Part shown: positions 1 through 11,160 of the stretch, in pieces
Numbering within the stretch: position 1 is the stretch's first letter
Layout of the letters: each line of letters starts with the position of its first letter
Assembly: GCA_000002445.1 (NCBI GenBank)
Contig: CP000071.1
Location: 1,184,001 to 1,248,000, forward strand
Length of the DNA stretch: 64,000 nucleotides
Direction: 5' to 3'
DNA from: Trypanosoma brucei
Taxonomy: Eukaryota
Notes under the pieces: generated by a model
What the model was told of the DNA's origin: nothing
The model's database searches: none
What the model saw: only the letters and a program-made list of their open reading frames with translations
Program-made: the position numbers and the translations under genes

Positions 1-115
1 CATATGCAAGGAGAGATCCGTCTCATTTTCCCTCCTGTCACACATGCCCAAGTCCCTCTTTTATTTGTTTTCTACTGCCATAGGGTCTGAAATTGCCGGT
101 TTGGGTTCAACCTTC

Positions 116-1345
116 CTATTCACGCTCCCTTTTGTCTCGTGTCGTTGCCGTCGTCGCCAACCCCCCAGTTCGATGGATGGCAGGGGCATAACGCGGTGGT
201 CGTTGGTACACCGGTGCTGGCAGCTCCCCGGAACGTAACTGGGCCTCCAACGGGGCGCCACTGTCTCCATGTTTGCGGTGGCCGTTATGGATAAGACGGG
301 AATTACTCGCTATATTCCGCGAGTGATACGTGAAGGAAGCCGCTCGATGACCATCGCTGTCCGCGTAGCCACCAGCGCTCATTGTACCGCGTGCGAAACG
401 AGCGATAAGGCACACTCTGCGCATGCTTAATCCAAGTTTCCGAGGTTCAGTCCACTCGACCGGAAAGGGATTCAAGCCGGCTTCGCCAATACGCTCCATC
501 GAAGTGGGAAAGTCTTGGTCTACCAGCACATCGAACACAGAGTTTACTCCGCACAAGTGGGATATAATGCTGCAGTTCGGTTCAATTCGCAGTATTTGCC
601 ACGGTACTTTTCGGATGGCATTTGCCGCGGCCTCTCCTGCGCTGCGACCGTGTTCTGTGTCTTGCACAATTAGTGTTCGCTTACCCGCGAAGGCCAACAC
701 ATCCGCGAGCGGGGGTGCTGTGGGCGACATCTCAATTGGTACTATATTCAAGGCCCGCTGTTGGGCGGCAGCGGCCTCGTTCGGGGCTGAGGCGTCTGTG
801 ATAGCCATCATACAAAGTTTGTTGGTACGCGGTGTGCCGTAGCCCATGAGAATACCGTGTGTGGTTGACACAAAATCCCCCCCATCAGCCGAGCCACCCT
901 TAACGTCCTGGAGCACGTGGTTGAAGTCACCAGTGGACCCACATGCACGAAGGTACCGCAACGTCTCGCTTATCTCCGAGCTACGGTGCTCACGGCCATA
1001 CTTCGGCATAGGAAGGACAATATCATAATGCTGAAACAGGATATCGGCAGCGAAGAGGGAATCATAGTATGGGCATGCGCGCATCTCGTGAACTTGATCA
1101 ACAAGATGCGTCTGCTTTAGCGCCAAGAAGAGATCTTTCACCTGCCTAACGAACAACTCTGTGTCAACTTCCTCACCTATCGGACTGTGCGTTGGAATCA
1201 AGTTTTGCGGGGGCACACGGTAAAGGGCGTTTACATACCGGCGTGCTGGAGTGAGGACGGCCGTTAACGCCTGTTGCCGCAGGACCCACCGACTGGGTGA
1301 CGCGAGTCCGAGTGTTGTAGAAACTGCCACAACAAAAAAGCGCAT
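116..1345 (-). CDS. Conserved hypothetical protein of about 410 aa from the first ATG. The track ORF 116..1399 begins at a TTG. No family confidently recognised.
   Basis: This is a long minus-strand ORF with coding-type GC, in the same orientation as its neighbours. The codon at 1397-1399 is TTG, and the first in-frame ATG is at 1345-1343. Confidence 0.45.
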   Translation of the reverse strand: MRFFVVAVSTTLGLASPSRWVLRQQALTAVLTPARRYVNALYRVPPQNLIPTHSPIGEEVDTELFVRQVKDLFLALKQTHLVDQVHEMRACPYYDSLFAADILFQHYDIVLPMPKYGREHRSSEISETLRYLRACGSTGDFNHVLQDVKGGSADGGDFVSTTHGILMGYGTPRTNKLCMMAITDASAPNEAAAAQQRALNIVPIEMSPTAPPLADVLAFAGKRTLIVQDTEHGRSAGEAAANAIRKVPWQILRIEPNCSIISHLCGVNSVFDVLVDQDFPTSMERIGEAGLNPFPVEWTEPRKLGLSMRRVCLIARFARGTMSAGGYADSDGHRAASFTYHSRNIASNSRLIHNGHRKHGDSGAPLEAQLRSGELPAPVYQRPPRYAPAIHRTGGLATTATTRDKRERE

Positions 1346-1732
1346 CACTGAAGCAACGGCAAGAGGGAGGTGTTGATGGAAGACTTCTCGGAGAATCAAA
1401 ATTAAGTCAAGATAGAGGGTAATCCCTCCACATACACAGATGTAGCCTGGTTGTTTAACGCAGACGGCAACGCGCGTCGTATTGAGGTAGGGTGAAGAAA
1501 AGAACCTCCCCCCCCCCAGGATAAGAAAGAATCAGCCAATGGAAATGTATAAGAAAAGAAAAAGTAGGAGGGGTACTTCAGGAGTATGAAACAAGAGTGT
1601 TTGGCGAGCAATTTCTTCCAATGCTCCATTTTCCCCCGTCCTTGTCCATTCTCCCGTTGTCACACTTTCAGGATTTCACACCTCAACAGACGAGTGGGCC
1701 ACACCGATTAGGAAGTTCTGGCACACTTGCGA

Positions 1733-3034
1733 TTATCGCGCGGTGGCATCCCCAGCCGGTGCCGTTAACTTGGCAGCATCCCTGACTTGCTTTCTTCTGC
1801 GACTTCCGACGGCCGCGTCAACTCCGGGGGATTCTGTTGGGTGAAAGTCTGTCAAGACGATTTTCCCCCGCGCATGCCCTGAGGCCACCACGTCCATCAC
1901 ATCGCGCACGCGCTCAATTGAGGCTGTTTCCACATGTAGGCGAAACGCGCCATTCTGATACAACCGCAGCGATTCCTCCACCACAGAACGCAATAACTTA
2001 CGCGTCACCTCACTGCCATACAAACCAGCCAAACACACGTAGCTCACCGATATCTGCTTGCGGAAGAATACACCGCTATTCGCATCATTCGCGTTCATGG
2101 GCCCAGGAAGGACACAAATTGAACCACCAAACCGTAGTGCCTCCGCGTGTTTGGCTGCAAGTGCGGCGTCGGCAAGTTCTAGCACGTAGTCAACGCCCAC
2201 ACTTTGTGTGTGCTCAAGACACTCCTTTACCACATTGTTGGTGGTGTAATCGAACACAAAGTCGGCGCCAAGACTGCTGACGTACGGGACGTTGACTGTT
2301 GAACACGACGCCAATACACATAGCCCGACGTACTTGGCTAGCTGCACAGCCACGCTACCGACGCCGCCCGACGCACCACTAATAAAGATGCTCCGTCCCC
2401 GCTCCACTCGCAACTTGTCGAAAAGTGCCACGTATGCCGCGCCCGCTGAGCATGGCATCGTTGACGCTTCGACGAAATCAATAAAGTCATTGCCGTCCGT
2501 CGGGGCCGGTATTTTCCCCAACGCGTCCGCATGCACTACGGCGTATTGACAAAATGTCCCCCCGAACGGTTGGGACATGTCCGCAAGAAAAGCAACTCGG
2601 TCACCGACCTGGAAGTCGTACTGCTGCTCTTTACTGCTATCCCAGCCCACGCTCTCAATGACACCGGCGCCTTCAACGCCCATCACATAAGGAAAGGGAA
2701 ATAGAGTTTCTGGCCCCAGCATCGTTGAAGCCACACCGGTTCCACGGCTGAGGCCACCGGTAAATAGCGAACTGGAAACCTGGTAGCCAAACGCCGCCCG
2801 CTTTGCATCCACTGGGTTCACCGCTGCAGCATACAGCTTTACCCGGACCTGCCCCTTCCCAGGTGGTGGAATTGTTATTTCTGAGTTTATGGCCGCCGCT
2901 GCTTTCCATTGCCGCACACACTTGGACACCATCCATCCATGGCACCGCAGCGCGTTGCCCAGTGCTTTCCCGCTGGTTCTGCCGTTGCCATTGATATCGT
3001 GAGAACTGGAAGGCTGCGACGTCCCTGCGCCCAT
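1733..3034 (-). CDS. Medium-chain dehydrogenase/reductase family, quinone oxidoreductase / zeta-crystallin-like, NAD(P)H-dependent.
   Basis: The 433-aa ORF contains MDR hallmarks. These are GQVRVKLYAAAVNPVD, GVEGAGVIESVG, GDRV and a glycine-rich Rossmann motif ISGASGGVGSVAVQLAK. The ATG at 3034-3032 was verified. Confidence 0.75.
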   Translation of the reverse strand: MGAGTSQPSSSHDINGNGRTSGKALGNALRCHGWMVSKCVRQWKAAAAINSEITIPPPGKGQVRVKLYAAAVNPVDAKRAAFGYQVSSSLFTGGLSRGTGVASTMLGPETLFPFPYVMGVEGAGVIESVGWDSSKEQQYDFQVGDRVAFLADMSQPFGGTFCQYAVVHADALGKIPAPTDGNDFIDFVEASTMPCSAGAAYVALFDKLRVERGRSIFISGASGGVGSVAVQLAKYVGLCVLASCSTVNVPYVSSLGADFVFDYTTNNVVKECLEHTQSVGVDYVLELADAALAAKHAEALRFGGSICVLPGPMNANDANSGVFFRKQISVSYVCLAGLYGSEVTRKLLRSVVEESLRLYQNGAFRLHVETASIERVRDVMDVVASGHARGKIVLTDFHPTESPGVDAAVGSRRRKQVRDAAKLTAPAGDATAR

Positions 3035-3663
3035 CTCCTCCCCGCCTGCCTTTCCTTTCTACCTTTATTTGTGTGTTGGTGCCGTCGCTGCTTCCTCGTG
3101 CTCTAAGCAAACCCCACCGCCTACCCCGCCGGATCTACCTTATGCCTGTTCCACTTTCGTCGACAAGAGTACAGTGAAAATAGGCGCAAAGACAGTGAGC
3201 GAGTAGCTTGTCTTCTTCCCTCAGGTCGCTTTTGGAAAAGAAGAAGGACAGAGCGCAACAAACCCACATTTGATATATCACGACATTCATAAAAAACAAG
3301 AAGATATTTCTTTCTTTTTAAGGGATCAAATGGGTGCGGGCCGAAGAATTTACACCGTTAAGACAAGGAATTCTCTCGCAGATGGCGAGTGAATGATCGG
3401 AGTGAAACCAAAAAAAAGCAAAGGGACTTGTACGCACATCCGACAGCGCGCGGTAGTCGGCTGATTGCATACCTCCATCCGCCCAGTCGTTCGCTTGACG
3501 CGTACGTCTCACTTACCTTTTTTGTGTTGTCGTTTGTATCTATTGATCGTTGAGGAGCCAGATTATGAATGGATATCCGAAACGTGTAACTGTGAAAAGG
3601 GAAAGTAAGGGCAACCATGCCCTTGGTAATTACTAAAGTGCAGATGGCTGTGCATGACACGAC

Positions 3664-5781
3664 CTAGCGTTTGCTTCGACAATCGCGGGAGGCACACACA
3701 ACCTCCATGGCTGTCACAGCTAATGGTACTTCCTCACCCATGTCGTCGTCGTCACCTGACATTTCCTGCACATCGTCATCGTCATCATTTCCTTCTTTCC
3801 TATCGCCATCGTTGGCTGTACTGGCTCCAGCTTTCTGCTTTTTCCGCCTTTTGAACAGCCGTTCATCTGTAGCCGCCCATGGCTCAACGCGGCGAACCAA
3901 AATGCCATGGTTTCGTTCATAATGGCGACGTATTGTCCTCACCATCTCGGCTTGGGATACACCAACACAATAACCTCCTTCCAGAAGCACGGTAACAATT
4001 TTTGCTGTGGATATCCTTGAGTTTGCTGCCACGATGCCGTGGAGGATGTCAACTTCCTGTCGTGTCATGTCCCGCTTGTCCTGTTGGCTGTGCGGTAAGA
4101 AGCTTTGTTGGTTCTCCCCCACATCAGTGCAGTTGCTATTTCCATTGGTAGTAAGTGAAGACCCCACATTACCACAAGAACGCAAGCATTGCTCGAACAT
4201 AGTGGTGAACACTTCATCATTGAGCTCAGATGATATTCGTTCAAATTTATCGTAGTCACGCAGTGGGTGGTCTAGCGCAGAGACCGCAACAAATGGACCA
4301 CTGAAGGCGGGAACAAACTTTTCCCTTCCTTTTAAACGGTTCCGTCGGCGCTCGCGTGAGTCAAACATACGCCGTTGAATTTCCGCCTCCGAGTCATCAT
4401 CGTACTCATCGTTGTCGTTGATAAAGTCATTGTTGGCCTCGTCACTACCAACAATGCTACTACTGTTCTCATCAACTTCCTCATCGGAGTTGCTGTCGCC
4501 GCTCATTCCAACATCCTCATCTCCGTCCGCCACATCCCAGTCATCACCAGAATCATACTCGTAGTCAAGGTTGGACATTTGTGGCATCTCCTCGCTAACA
4601 CCAAACCGCGCTAACCGCATTAGCTCCTCTACATTGAGCGCATTTTGACTGTTGTAGGTGCCAAAATATGGGGGGCGCGACTCACAAGGATCAAAGCTAA
4701 TTGCATAGAACCCGCAAAAAATGATTTCATTGCAGAAATCCTTCCGCGGCGGTGGAAGTTGTACGTGGAAGCTACAAGGGCAACGACGTAACGCCTCGGT
4801 GACGTAGGCACTACAACCATCATTTGTGTCGCTATGTGCGGTCGCGTGCTCTATCATCGCAGCAAAAGATGAGTATGGGGTCCCCACTCCTTGGTACATT
4901 TGGGTTGAGTGTGTTTCGTCTTCCTCTCCGGCCCAAACAACTTTACCGTTATTGGTAGCGCATACTTCGGACTGCAACGACTTTGGTGAAGTTTCACCTA
5001 AAAAGAGAACATCGTCAACATGCGTTTCCCTCTTCAGCGCAGGGCCGTCCGGCAACCAAAACTGTAGTGAGAGTGGTGACACCCTCTTGTCCTGCACAAA
5101 TGGCGTGAAAAGTTTGTTAACGCTTGCTTTCGATTCCGTTGATTTCTTTGACTGTGTGTAAAATCCGAAACTTGCCAGACCACGAGAAGGTGGTGATAAA
5201 ACCACTGGGTCAGTTGGTGTCGAATTTTCAGCCACCTTGGTGGGGGGCTCGACGGCTACCTTTTTGTTCTTATCAGCAGCGCCAGATGCCATGCTTCGAG
5301 GCCTTTTTGTTGTAATACGCGGGGTGATTTCATCAGGGGGCTCTATTTTCGCTATAACGCTCCTGACTAGGGCTAACCCAGGGTTGAATTGCGCTGCTTC
5401 TCTTTTCATCTGTGGAGCCCCACTTGGGAAAACTAAAGCGTCTTCCGAGTCATCGTCACTCGACGGTAGTCCGGTCCCATTGCATTTCTCAGATGTGGGA
5501 GCCTCGTTAACAACCTCAGGTGAGGGTTGTGGTTTGCTCACCGATTCAGCACGTGCCATCCCCCTTGTTTTTACGCCTCCCCTGACTTTGTTGGGAGGTT
5601 TCGCAGGGGATTTTTTTCTCTTCTGCTTCCCTGCGCTTTGTAATTCCCCGTTGTCTTCAGTTTTTGGCTTTTGTCCTTTTCTTTTCGCAGTGCAAGGGGC
5701 TGAAACCTTCTGAGGGTGCTTTTTCATCTCTTCACTCTGACCTTGTTCAGGTGCGTTCAGGGGCTCCGCGACACTATCCAT
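3664..5781 (-). CDS. Hypothetical 705-aa protein, probably nuclear. It has a Lys-rich, NLS-like N-terminus, long acidic D/E/S tracts and a basic tail, with a possible helix-turn-helix-like segment near the C-terminus.
   Basis: This is a long ORF with a verified ATG at 5781-5779. Composition includes KRKGQKPK and KQKRKKSPAKPP at the N-terminus, a DEEVDENSSS / DDDSEAE acidic block, and a C-terminal segment DMTRQEVDILHGIVAANSRISTAKIVTVLLEGGYCVGVSQAEMVRTIRRHYE resembling an HTH. No family assigned. Confidence 0.5.
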   Translation of the reverse strand: MDSVAEPLNAPEQGQSEEMKKHPQKVSAPCTAKRKGQKPKTEDNGELQSAGKQKRKKSPAKPPNKVRGGVKTRGMARAESVSKPQPSPEVVNEAPTSEKCNGTGLPSSDDDSEDALVFPSGAPQMKREAAQFNPGLALVRSVIAKIEPPDEITPRITTKRPRSMASGAADKNKKVAVEPPTKVAENSTPTDPVVLSPPSRGLASFGFYTQSKKSTESKASVNKLFTPFVQDKRVSPLSLQFWLPDGPALKRETHVDDVLFLGETSPKSLQSEVCATNNGKVVWAGEEDETHSTQMYQGVGTPYSSFAAMIEHATAHSDTNDGCSAYVTEALRRCPCSFHVQLPPPRKDFCNEIIFCGFYAISFDPCESRPPYFGTYNSQNALNVEELMRLARFGVSEEMPQMSNLDYEYDSGDDWDVADGDEDVGMSGDSNSDEEVDENSSSIVGSDEANNDFINDNDEYDDDSEAEIQRRMFDSRERRRNRLKGREKFVPAFSGPFVAVSALDHPLRDYDKFERISSELNDEVFTTMFEQCLRSCGNVGSSLTTNGNSNCTDVGENQQSFLPHSQQDKRDMTRQEVDILHGIVAANSRISTAKIVTVLLEGGYCVGVSQAEMVRTIRRHYERNHGILVRRVEPWAATDERLFKRRKKQKAGASTANDGDRKEGNDDDDDVQEMSGDDDDMGEEVPLAVTAMEVVCASRDCRSKR

Positions 5782-6780
5782 GTTTCAGAGGGATATCGAT
5801 TTTTAAAAATATACCAAAAAATCTCTTTTATACCCTTCAATCACTTTTTTCCGACTGGAGCGACACTTCTTTCCTCAAGAGAAAGAAAAAAATATATAAG
5901 CAGATCTATATCCCTTTTTTACTCACTTGTCACTTTTTTTTGAAAAAAAAATGTCTTTGTTTCCCCTTCGTTATTTTCCGTATATTTTCTGTCTTCCCCG
6001 TTCGAAATGCGCACTATCGATATGCCTTTGTGGGGGCTCCCTTCGCCGTAAACTCTCTTATGAGTGGGTGCGGGTACCTCTATATCTTTCTTTTGAGGCT
6101 GATGCACAGCCGCACATTGTGCGGTCATGTTAATAATGTATGAAAGAAATGGGATGGGTAGTGGTGGTGGTGGTGAATAAATACGAGCAAAAACAGCGAG
6201 AATTAATGGGATCCAAGCGAAGAGGCTTGCGTCTAAGTGCTGGTACGTATATGTGAAAGGTTGCCTGCCTTTCGGTACAACCAAGGCACGGCTGTATTGT
6301 CAAATATGATTTGATAAGAGGGGGTTAATGAGGACAAGAAAGGAAGAAAAAAAAGGTACAAGGGTCATAACCCACGAGGGCTTCATCAACTCAAATCATC
6401 GTTTATGCCCCGTTAAACAATTAAAAAAATTTTCATTCCCCATAATTTCTTTAACTGTCTTGTTATAATATAGCTACATACACTCACCACCGGTTTCACT
6501 TGAAGAGATGAAACCTTGTTTTGAACATTAACAAAATGAACAAACAAACAAGTAAGGCTTAATATGCGTTTAAAGTAATGGAAGCAAAGACAAAAAAAGG
6601 GGGAGCAAAAGACCGTGTATAGAAGAATACGAGATAAATACAAAAACACACACCAGTGTATCGGGAAAGAAAACTAAAAACAAATACAGCAGATTCATTG
6701 CAACATAAAAAAGGGCCGGTGTAGATAAGGTGCTCTTCTTAAACTAGAACATGTTGCCACTCACCCTCGCGGCAGTTATT

Positions 6781-7653
6781 CTACACTGCGGTTAGCGCAA
6801 ATGTATCCTCGTCAACATTGCCGCCCTCTCCACACACGAAACTTAGTAAGCTTTCCATTTCTACCTTTGTTAGCGAGGGCTCTTCCATCGTTTCCGACGT
6901 CTTTCTGTGGCTGCGCATGGCTGTCGTGAGGGTTTTGTGGAGTGCCGCGATGTTCATTTGTCGTATGCCACCGGTTCCCCGTTCACACGTGTTGGCAGCG
7001 GCCCATATGGTCTCGAACACTTTGTCTAGGGTATCAGCGTCACTGCGTTGTACAACCACGGGTACGCGCCTCAATAAGTCAACTGCGGGGAGGAACACTC
7101 GCGGTACTTGTGATGGATCGAACACAAATGAACCCGTTTGTAATAGCTGAAGCCCTACATTTTCTAATTTCTTGCGGCTTGTTAGGAGGTCACACGACTC
7201 GAAGTCGATATGTGTCATTAACATACATCGTTTCAACTTGTTCTCGTTTTCACTTTCCCATAGGGTGCGGCTAAGAACATCAGAAAGGAACTCGGCAGGT
7301 GGTTCCTTCACCAATGCGGTAATCCATCCTATTTGCATTAACTGCTTGGTTGTGGGGTTGAAGCCAAGTGATCGGATTATGGATGGAACCGAAACCATTG
7401 GAACCACCTCTGTTTCACACGTTGGTATTCCGGTGGTTAGCAGCAACATCTCGTTGTACGGTACTATCGCAGTTGTGCACGCTTTGATTGCCGTATTGAT
7501 GAATTTCATGTGTACTGCGGCCGCATGTTCACGATGAGTTCGTGCGATGTAGTATGTTTCGTCTAACCAGCGGTGATAGGGCTCGTCCAGGTCATCTTCT
7601 GGAGTAGACTTCTTTTTCTTCTTTTTCTTTTCCTTATGTTGCTTGGGAGGCAT
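6781..7653 (-). CDS. Hypothetical 290-aa protein with a Lys-rich N-terminus (MPPKQHKEKKKKKKK).
   Basis: A 290-aa ORF with a verified ATG at 7653-7651 and coding-type composition, flanked by AT-rich intergenic DNA. Confidence 0.45.
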   Translation of the reverse strand: MPPKQHKEKKKKKKKSTPEDDLDEPYHRWLDETYYIARTHREHAAAVHMKFINTAIKACTTAIVPYNEMLLLTTGIPTCETEVVPMVSVPSIIRSLGFNPTTKQLMQIGWITALVKEPPAEFLSDVLSRTLWESENENKLKRCMLMTHIDFESCDLLTSRKKLENVGLQLLQTGSFVFDPSQVPRVFLPAVDLLRRVPVVVQRSDADTLDKVFETIWAAANTCERGTGGIRQMNIAALHKTLTTAMRSHRKTSETMEEPSLTKVEMESLLSFVCGEGGNVDEDTFALTAV

Positions 7654-8393
7654 CAGCTACCGTTTGTGGTTTTCCTTTTTAGTCTTGGAAGGTGGATCGG
7701 GCGAAGAAAATGAGCCCACACACAGAAAACCCCCAGCTAAGAGGGGAAAATGAGGGACCACAGGTGACGACACAGACGAAGTTATAACAAAGGTACACAA
7801 CACGCCCCCTTCAGGCATATGGTGGGCAGCTGGACACAGGCGTCGGATAGAAGAGAAAGAAGGAATTGACAACAAAGAAGAACTGTGCGCTTTAAGATAG
7901 ACAAATGGCCGATGTATGGTGGTCCATTAGTACAGTCACCATATCTGATTCGCAACCCTACACCTGCTACCACCCAAACTGCCTAGAAATACCCCACAAC
8001 TACACCACGTGGCACTAGGCACCCGCCTGCGGCGACCATCAATTGGCGATTACACCATATCCTGCAAAAAAAAAAAGTTGCGTCAGAACCCCCCTAAAAA
8101 GAAAAAAAAGAGATAAATTTGGCTCTTTATTTCCCCTCTTTGTGTGGTTAACCCGCCTGTGTCACTATGGTGCCCTATAGCGGGACCCGGGTAGGGCCAA
8201 GCATCACTGGTGTAAAACAAGCGGCCATGCAATACAAGTGTCCCCCCACCACCAAGTGCCAGCTCTCAACTTCCTTCTGGCATGGTCAAACAGTTGCTTT
8301 TATCCGGCTTTCCTCACGAATGGACCGATGAACCCCTCTATTACGTAGTGGAAGATTCGGCGTTGCCAGTGCCAACAAATCTCTTCATTTTAC

Positions 8394-10304
8394 TCACGCT
8401 TTCTCCTCTTGCGAAGCGCAAGTGACTGCTGACTGCCTTGTCAGTTGCTGTAGGATCCGGTCCACAGTTTTGGAGGCTTTTCTGAGTCCGGCCTCAATAT
8501 ACGTCGGGGTGCGCTGAAGTTCCACCAAACTTAGCGAGTCCCGTAGCAGCGTGCCCGCGCCATATGTGCTGCGTAGTTTATTGGCAAGATAAGACAACTC
8601 GTTATCCTCTAACAGTACCATAAGGTACGGCACGGCCTCGGCGAATAAGTTAAAATCAGGTATAAGCTTCCTTCCCAGGCCCTCGCCCACTACAACGGTT
8701 AGCACAAGCGATGCAAAGTTGCCGTCGATTGGCGTTTTGTTCTCGCGCAACGTGTTCATAATTTTGCACAGGGTAGAGCCGATACGCACATGGCGAAGCG
8801 TAAAACCATCTGATGCACCAGGAGCCACTGTATTGAAGATATTTGTCATATCCATGCGGAATTTTTCCCGTTTCGCTTCCGGGTAGGGGGGTCGCACGTC
8901 TGGTGGAAGTCTGTCGATCATTAAATCCGCACCGAGACTACCGTCGCCGCAAGCGACCGCAGCGAATAATGAAATGAAGTTGTTACGTTCCTCCGGTGAT
9001 AACGACGTGGTGAGCCCAGCGTCGAGGATGATGAGTTCATACTTCAGCTTCGGCTTCCCGTCGGGATACCTCTCCACTGTTGTGGGTGAAAAAAACGTAG
9101 TTGGTGGGACATTTAGTGGGGCCCCCGGGTTCGCCCGAATTAAAATGTTACCGGGGTGAAGGTCAGAGTGCACAAAATTATCTTCAAACAACATTTTCAA
9201 GAACATGTGACAACCCCGCTGCGCGGCGTCGCGGAACTCATCGCAGGGCTGGATTTCTTGTAGTGGTCGACCCTCTTCGAATGTCTCGACCAAAACATCC
9301 GGTGTGCAGAACGACGGAAGCGGTTTGGGAAAAATAACGCCCGGAAAGTCACGGAAATTAAATGCAAACTGCTTCAAGTTATCGCATTCTAGGTCGAGAC
9401 TAAGTTGGGAGCAAAGAAGAGACGAGAACTCACCCAGGGCCCGCCGCAAGTCCAAATACACCGTATCTCGGAACAAAGTCGTAACAACGTTGACGAAACA
9501 CTTCATCACGACAAGATCAGCACATATGATCTCGCGTGTAAGTGGGTGTAGAATCTTTATCGCCACCGTCGTCCCCGTGGGAACACCGTCAACATCTTCC
9601 CTAAGCACAGCCCGATGTACCTGCGCGATACTCCCACTGTTTACAGGTACTTTTTCGATCTCACGCAAGTAGTAAAGAACGTTCTGTCGCGTCCCGGTAT
9701 CCCCTTTCCTTCCTTCATCATTAGAACCTTGGGGCGACTCACGAAATGTGTTGCGCAACGTCTTCTCTGTATGCGACCATGAGTGCGGTTCGGTGTTATC
9801 GTACAACTTCTCTAACGCACTACACATGACCGGTGAGAAGATATCAGGCCGAGTAGCAATCCACTGACCCAGTTTTATATAACTTGGCCCCATAGCTAGG
9901 AGCATATCGCGAACTTTTCCGAAGAAAACAGGTTCGCTGCAAAAATGCAGTCCATATGTGAGAAATGTAAACCATATCACGGGCACCATGTGCACTACAA
10001 GCAGAATTGTCCGAAGTACAACTAAGCCACAGAACAAGATTTCGCGCAGCACATGCGGATGGTACTGGAACACAGCTACCTGCTGCTGATAGCTACCTGA
10101 TCCTGCGATAAACTGCCGCGTGCGACGGGGCGGGAGGCACGTTTGTTGTTGAAGGAGTCGCCGTCGCTCAGGAACCCATACGCCCCGATAATACAAGAGA
10201 AGCGCCCCACCGCACGCCGTTAAGGCCGTAACTCCACCAATACAGAAGAGATGTAATACACTGGGGTATGTGGGCTGAGGGCAAACACGAATTCTTCCCA
10301 TCAT
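8394..10304 (-). CDS. ABC1 / ADCK / UbiB-family atypical protein kinase (aarF-domain-containing kinase, Coq8-like).
   Basis: Motifs present are GQWIATRPDIFSP, SGSIAQVHRAVL, VAIKILHP, FVHSDLHPGNILI and IILDAGL. The track ORF begins at TTG (10331-10329). The first ATG is at 10304-10302, giving a protein starting MMGRIRV. Confidence 0.8.
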   Translation of the reverse strand: MMGRIRVCPQPTYPSVLHLFCIGGVTALTACGGALLLYYRGVWVPERRRLLQQQTCLPPRRTRQFIAGSGSYQQQVAVFQYHPHVLREILFCGLVVLRTILLVVHMVPVIWFTFLTYGLHFCSEPVFFGKVRDMLLAMGPSYIKLGQWIATRPDIFSPVMCSALEKLYDNTEPHSWSHTEKTLRNTFRESPQGSNDEGRKGDTGTRQNVLYYLREIEKVPVNSGSIAQVHRAVLREDVDGVPTGTTVAIKILHPLTREIICADLVVMKCFVNVVTTLFRDTVYLDLRRALGEFSSLLCSQLSLDLECDNLKQFAFNFRDFPGVIFPKPLPSFCTPDVLVETFEEGRPLQEIQPCDEFRDAAQRGCHMFLKMLFEDNFVHSDLHPGNILIRANPGAPLNVPPTTFFSPTTVERYPDGKPKLKYELIILDAGLTTSLSPEERNNFISLFAAVACGDGSLGADLMIDRLPPDVRPPYPEAKREKFRMDMTNIFNTVAPGASDGFTLRHVRIGSTLCKIMNTLRENKTPIDGNFASLVLTVVVGEGLGRKLIPDFNLFAEAVPYLMVLLEDNELSYLANKLRSTYGAGTLLRDSLSLVELQRTPTYIEAGLRKASKTVDRILQQLTRQSAVTCASQEEKA

Positions 10305-10932
10305 CCTTCTTCCGCTCGATCTACACTTCAACCGTGGGAGGGGGAATTTTGCTTCTCCGCGGTAGAGTCTCCTCCGCTAACCGGCCTGAGTTTGGTCGGC
10401 TGAAGTAGTGCCACGGGTCATTATCAGCCACAGTAATAATAAGCGAGCAAACAAGGTTACAGAAATAATGAGATGACAAAGGGGAACAGGAAAATCAAAG
10501 AAAAATAACCAAGTATGGGAAAATATAGGAAGCAGCAGCTCCATTCAACAAAAATATGCCAGCAGTGGGGCATTCAGCAAAAAAAAAGGTAATATCTTCT
10601 ACCGACTCTTTAACCCTCATCACATGTCGTGACGCTATACCTTGACGCGCGAGAAACACTAGGAACAAAAAAGCACCAAAACGAAACGACGGTAAGAGAA
10701 AGACAAAATGAAACCAAATAAAGGAAGGTATTCTAGCAAATAAAAAAAGAAAGCAACAACGCACCGAATTTATCACCTGCACCACGGAGAAAACAAACTT
10801 AAAAAAATTAATCAAAAAAGCCTCAAACAGATTAAAGTGGTTTGACCTATGCAAAAAGTACTAAACAAAATCAACAATCAAAAAAGTCCCACAAAAAAAG
10901 TACACGGTAAGCCAAACAATAAACAACATAAG

Positions 10933-11160
10933 TCACAAGCAAGCTATCCCCCATTTAAAAGCACCTCCCATCCAAACCATTCCTATCGCGCCTCCCGCCA
11001 GCGCCGTACCAAGGAAGGCAAAGGCACGTCCCACGGAGGAAGCAGAAACCGCCATCGTATGCTTCTTCCTGCAGTTGATGCCACAAAGTGTAATAGAAGG
11101 AGTAAGTGGGATGACAGTGCACGTATCAGTGGGCATGAGCCGTACGGTGATGCGATGCAT
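10933..11160 (-). pseudogene. Truncated 5' fragment of the endonuclease-G-like gene, marking the left boundary of the tandem array.
   Basis: The 75-aa ORF is identical over its first 62 aa to the N-terminus of the 506-aa EndoG-like proteins at 16841..18361 and 26459..27979. It then diverges (MVWMGGAFKWGIACL versus MVVERGGWFGVDKCHP). Nucleotide identity with the other units ends near 10974. Confidence 0.6.

Noticed and set aside
423-2549. Numerous 60-190-aa ORFs on the plus strand overlapping the long minus-strand genes (for example 423..842, 1837..2280 and 20354..20917).
   Set aside because: These are typical antisense open frames in GC-biased coding sequence. Each is fully contained within a better-supported, longer gene with recognisable domains on the other strand.
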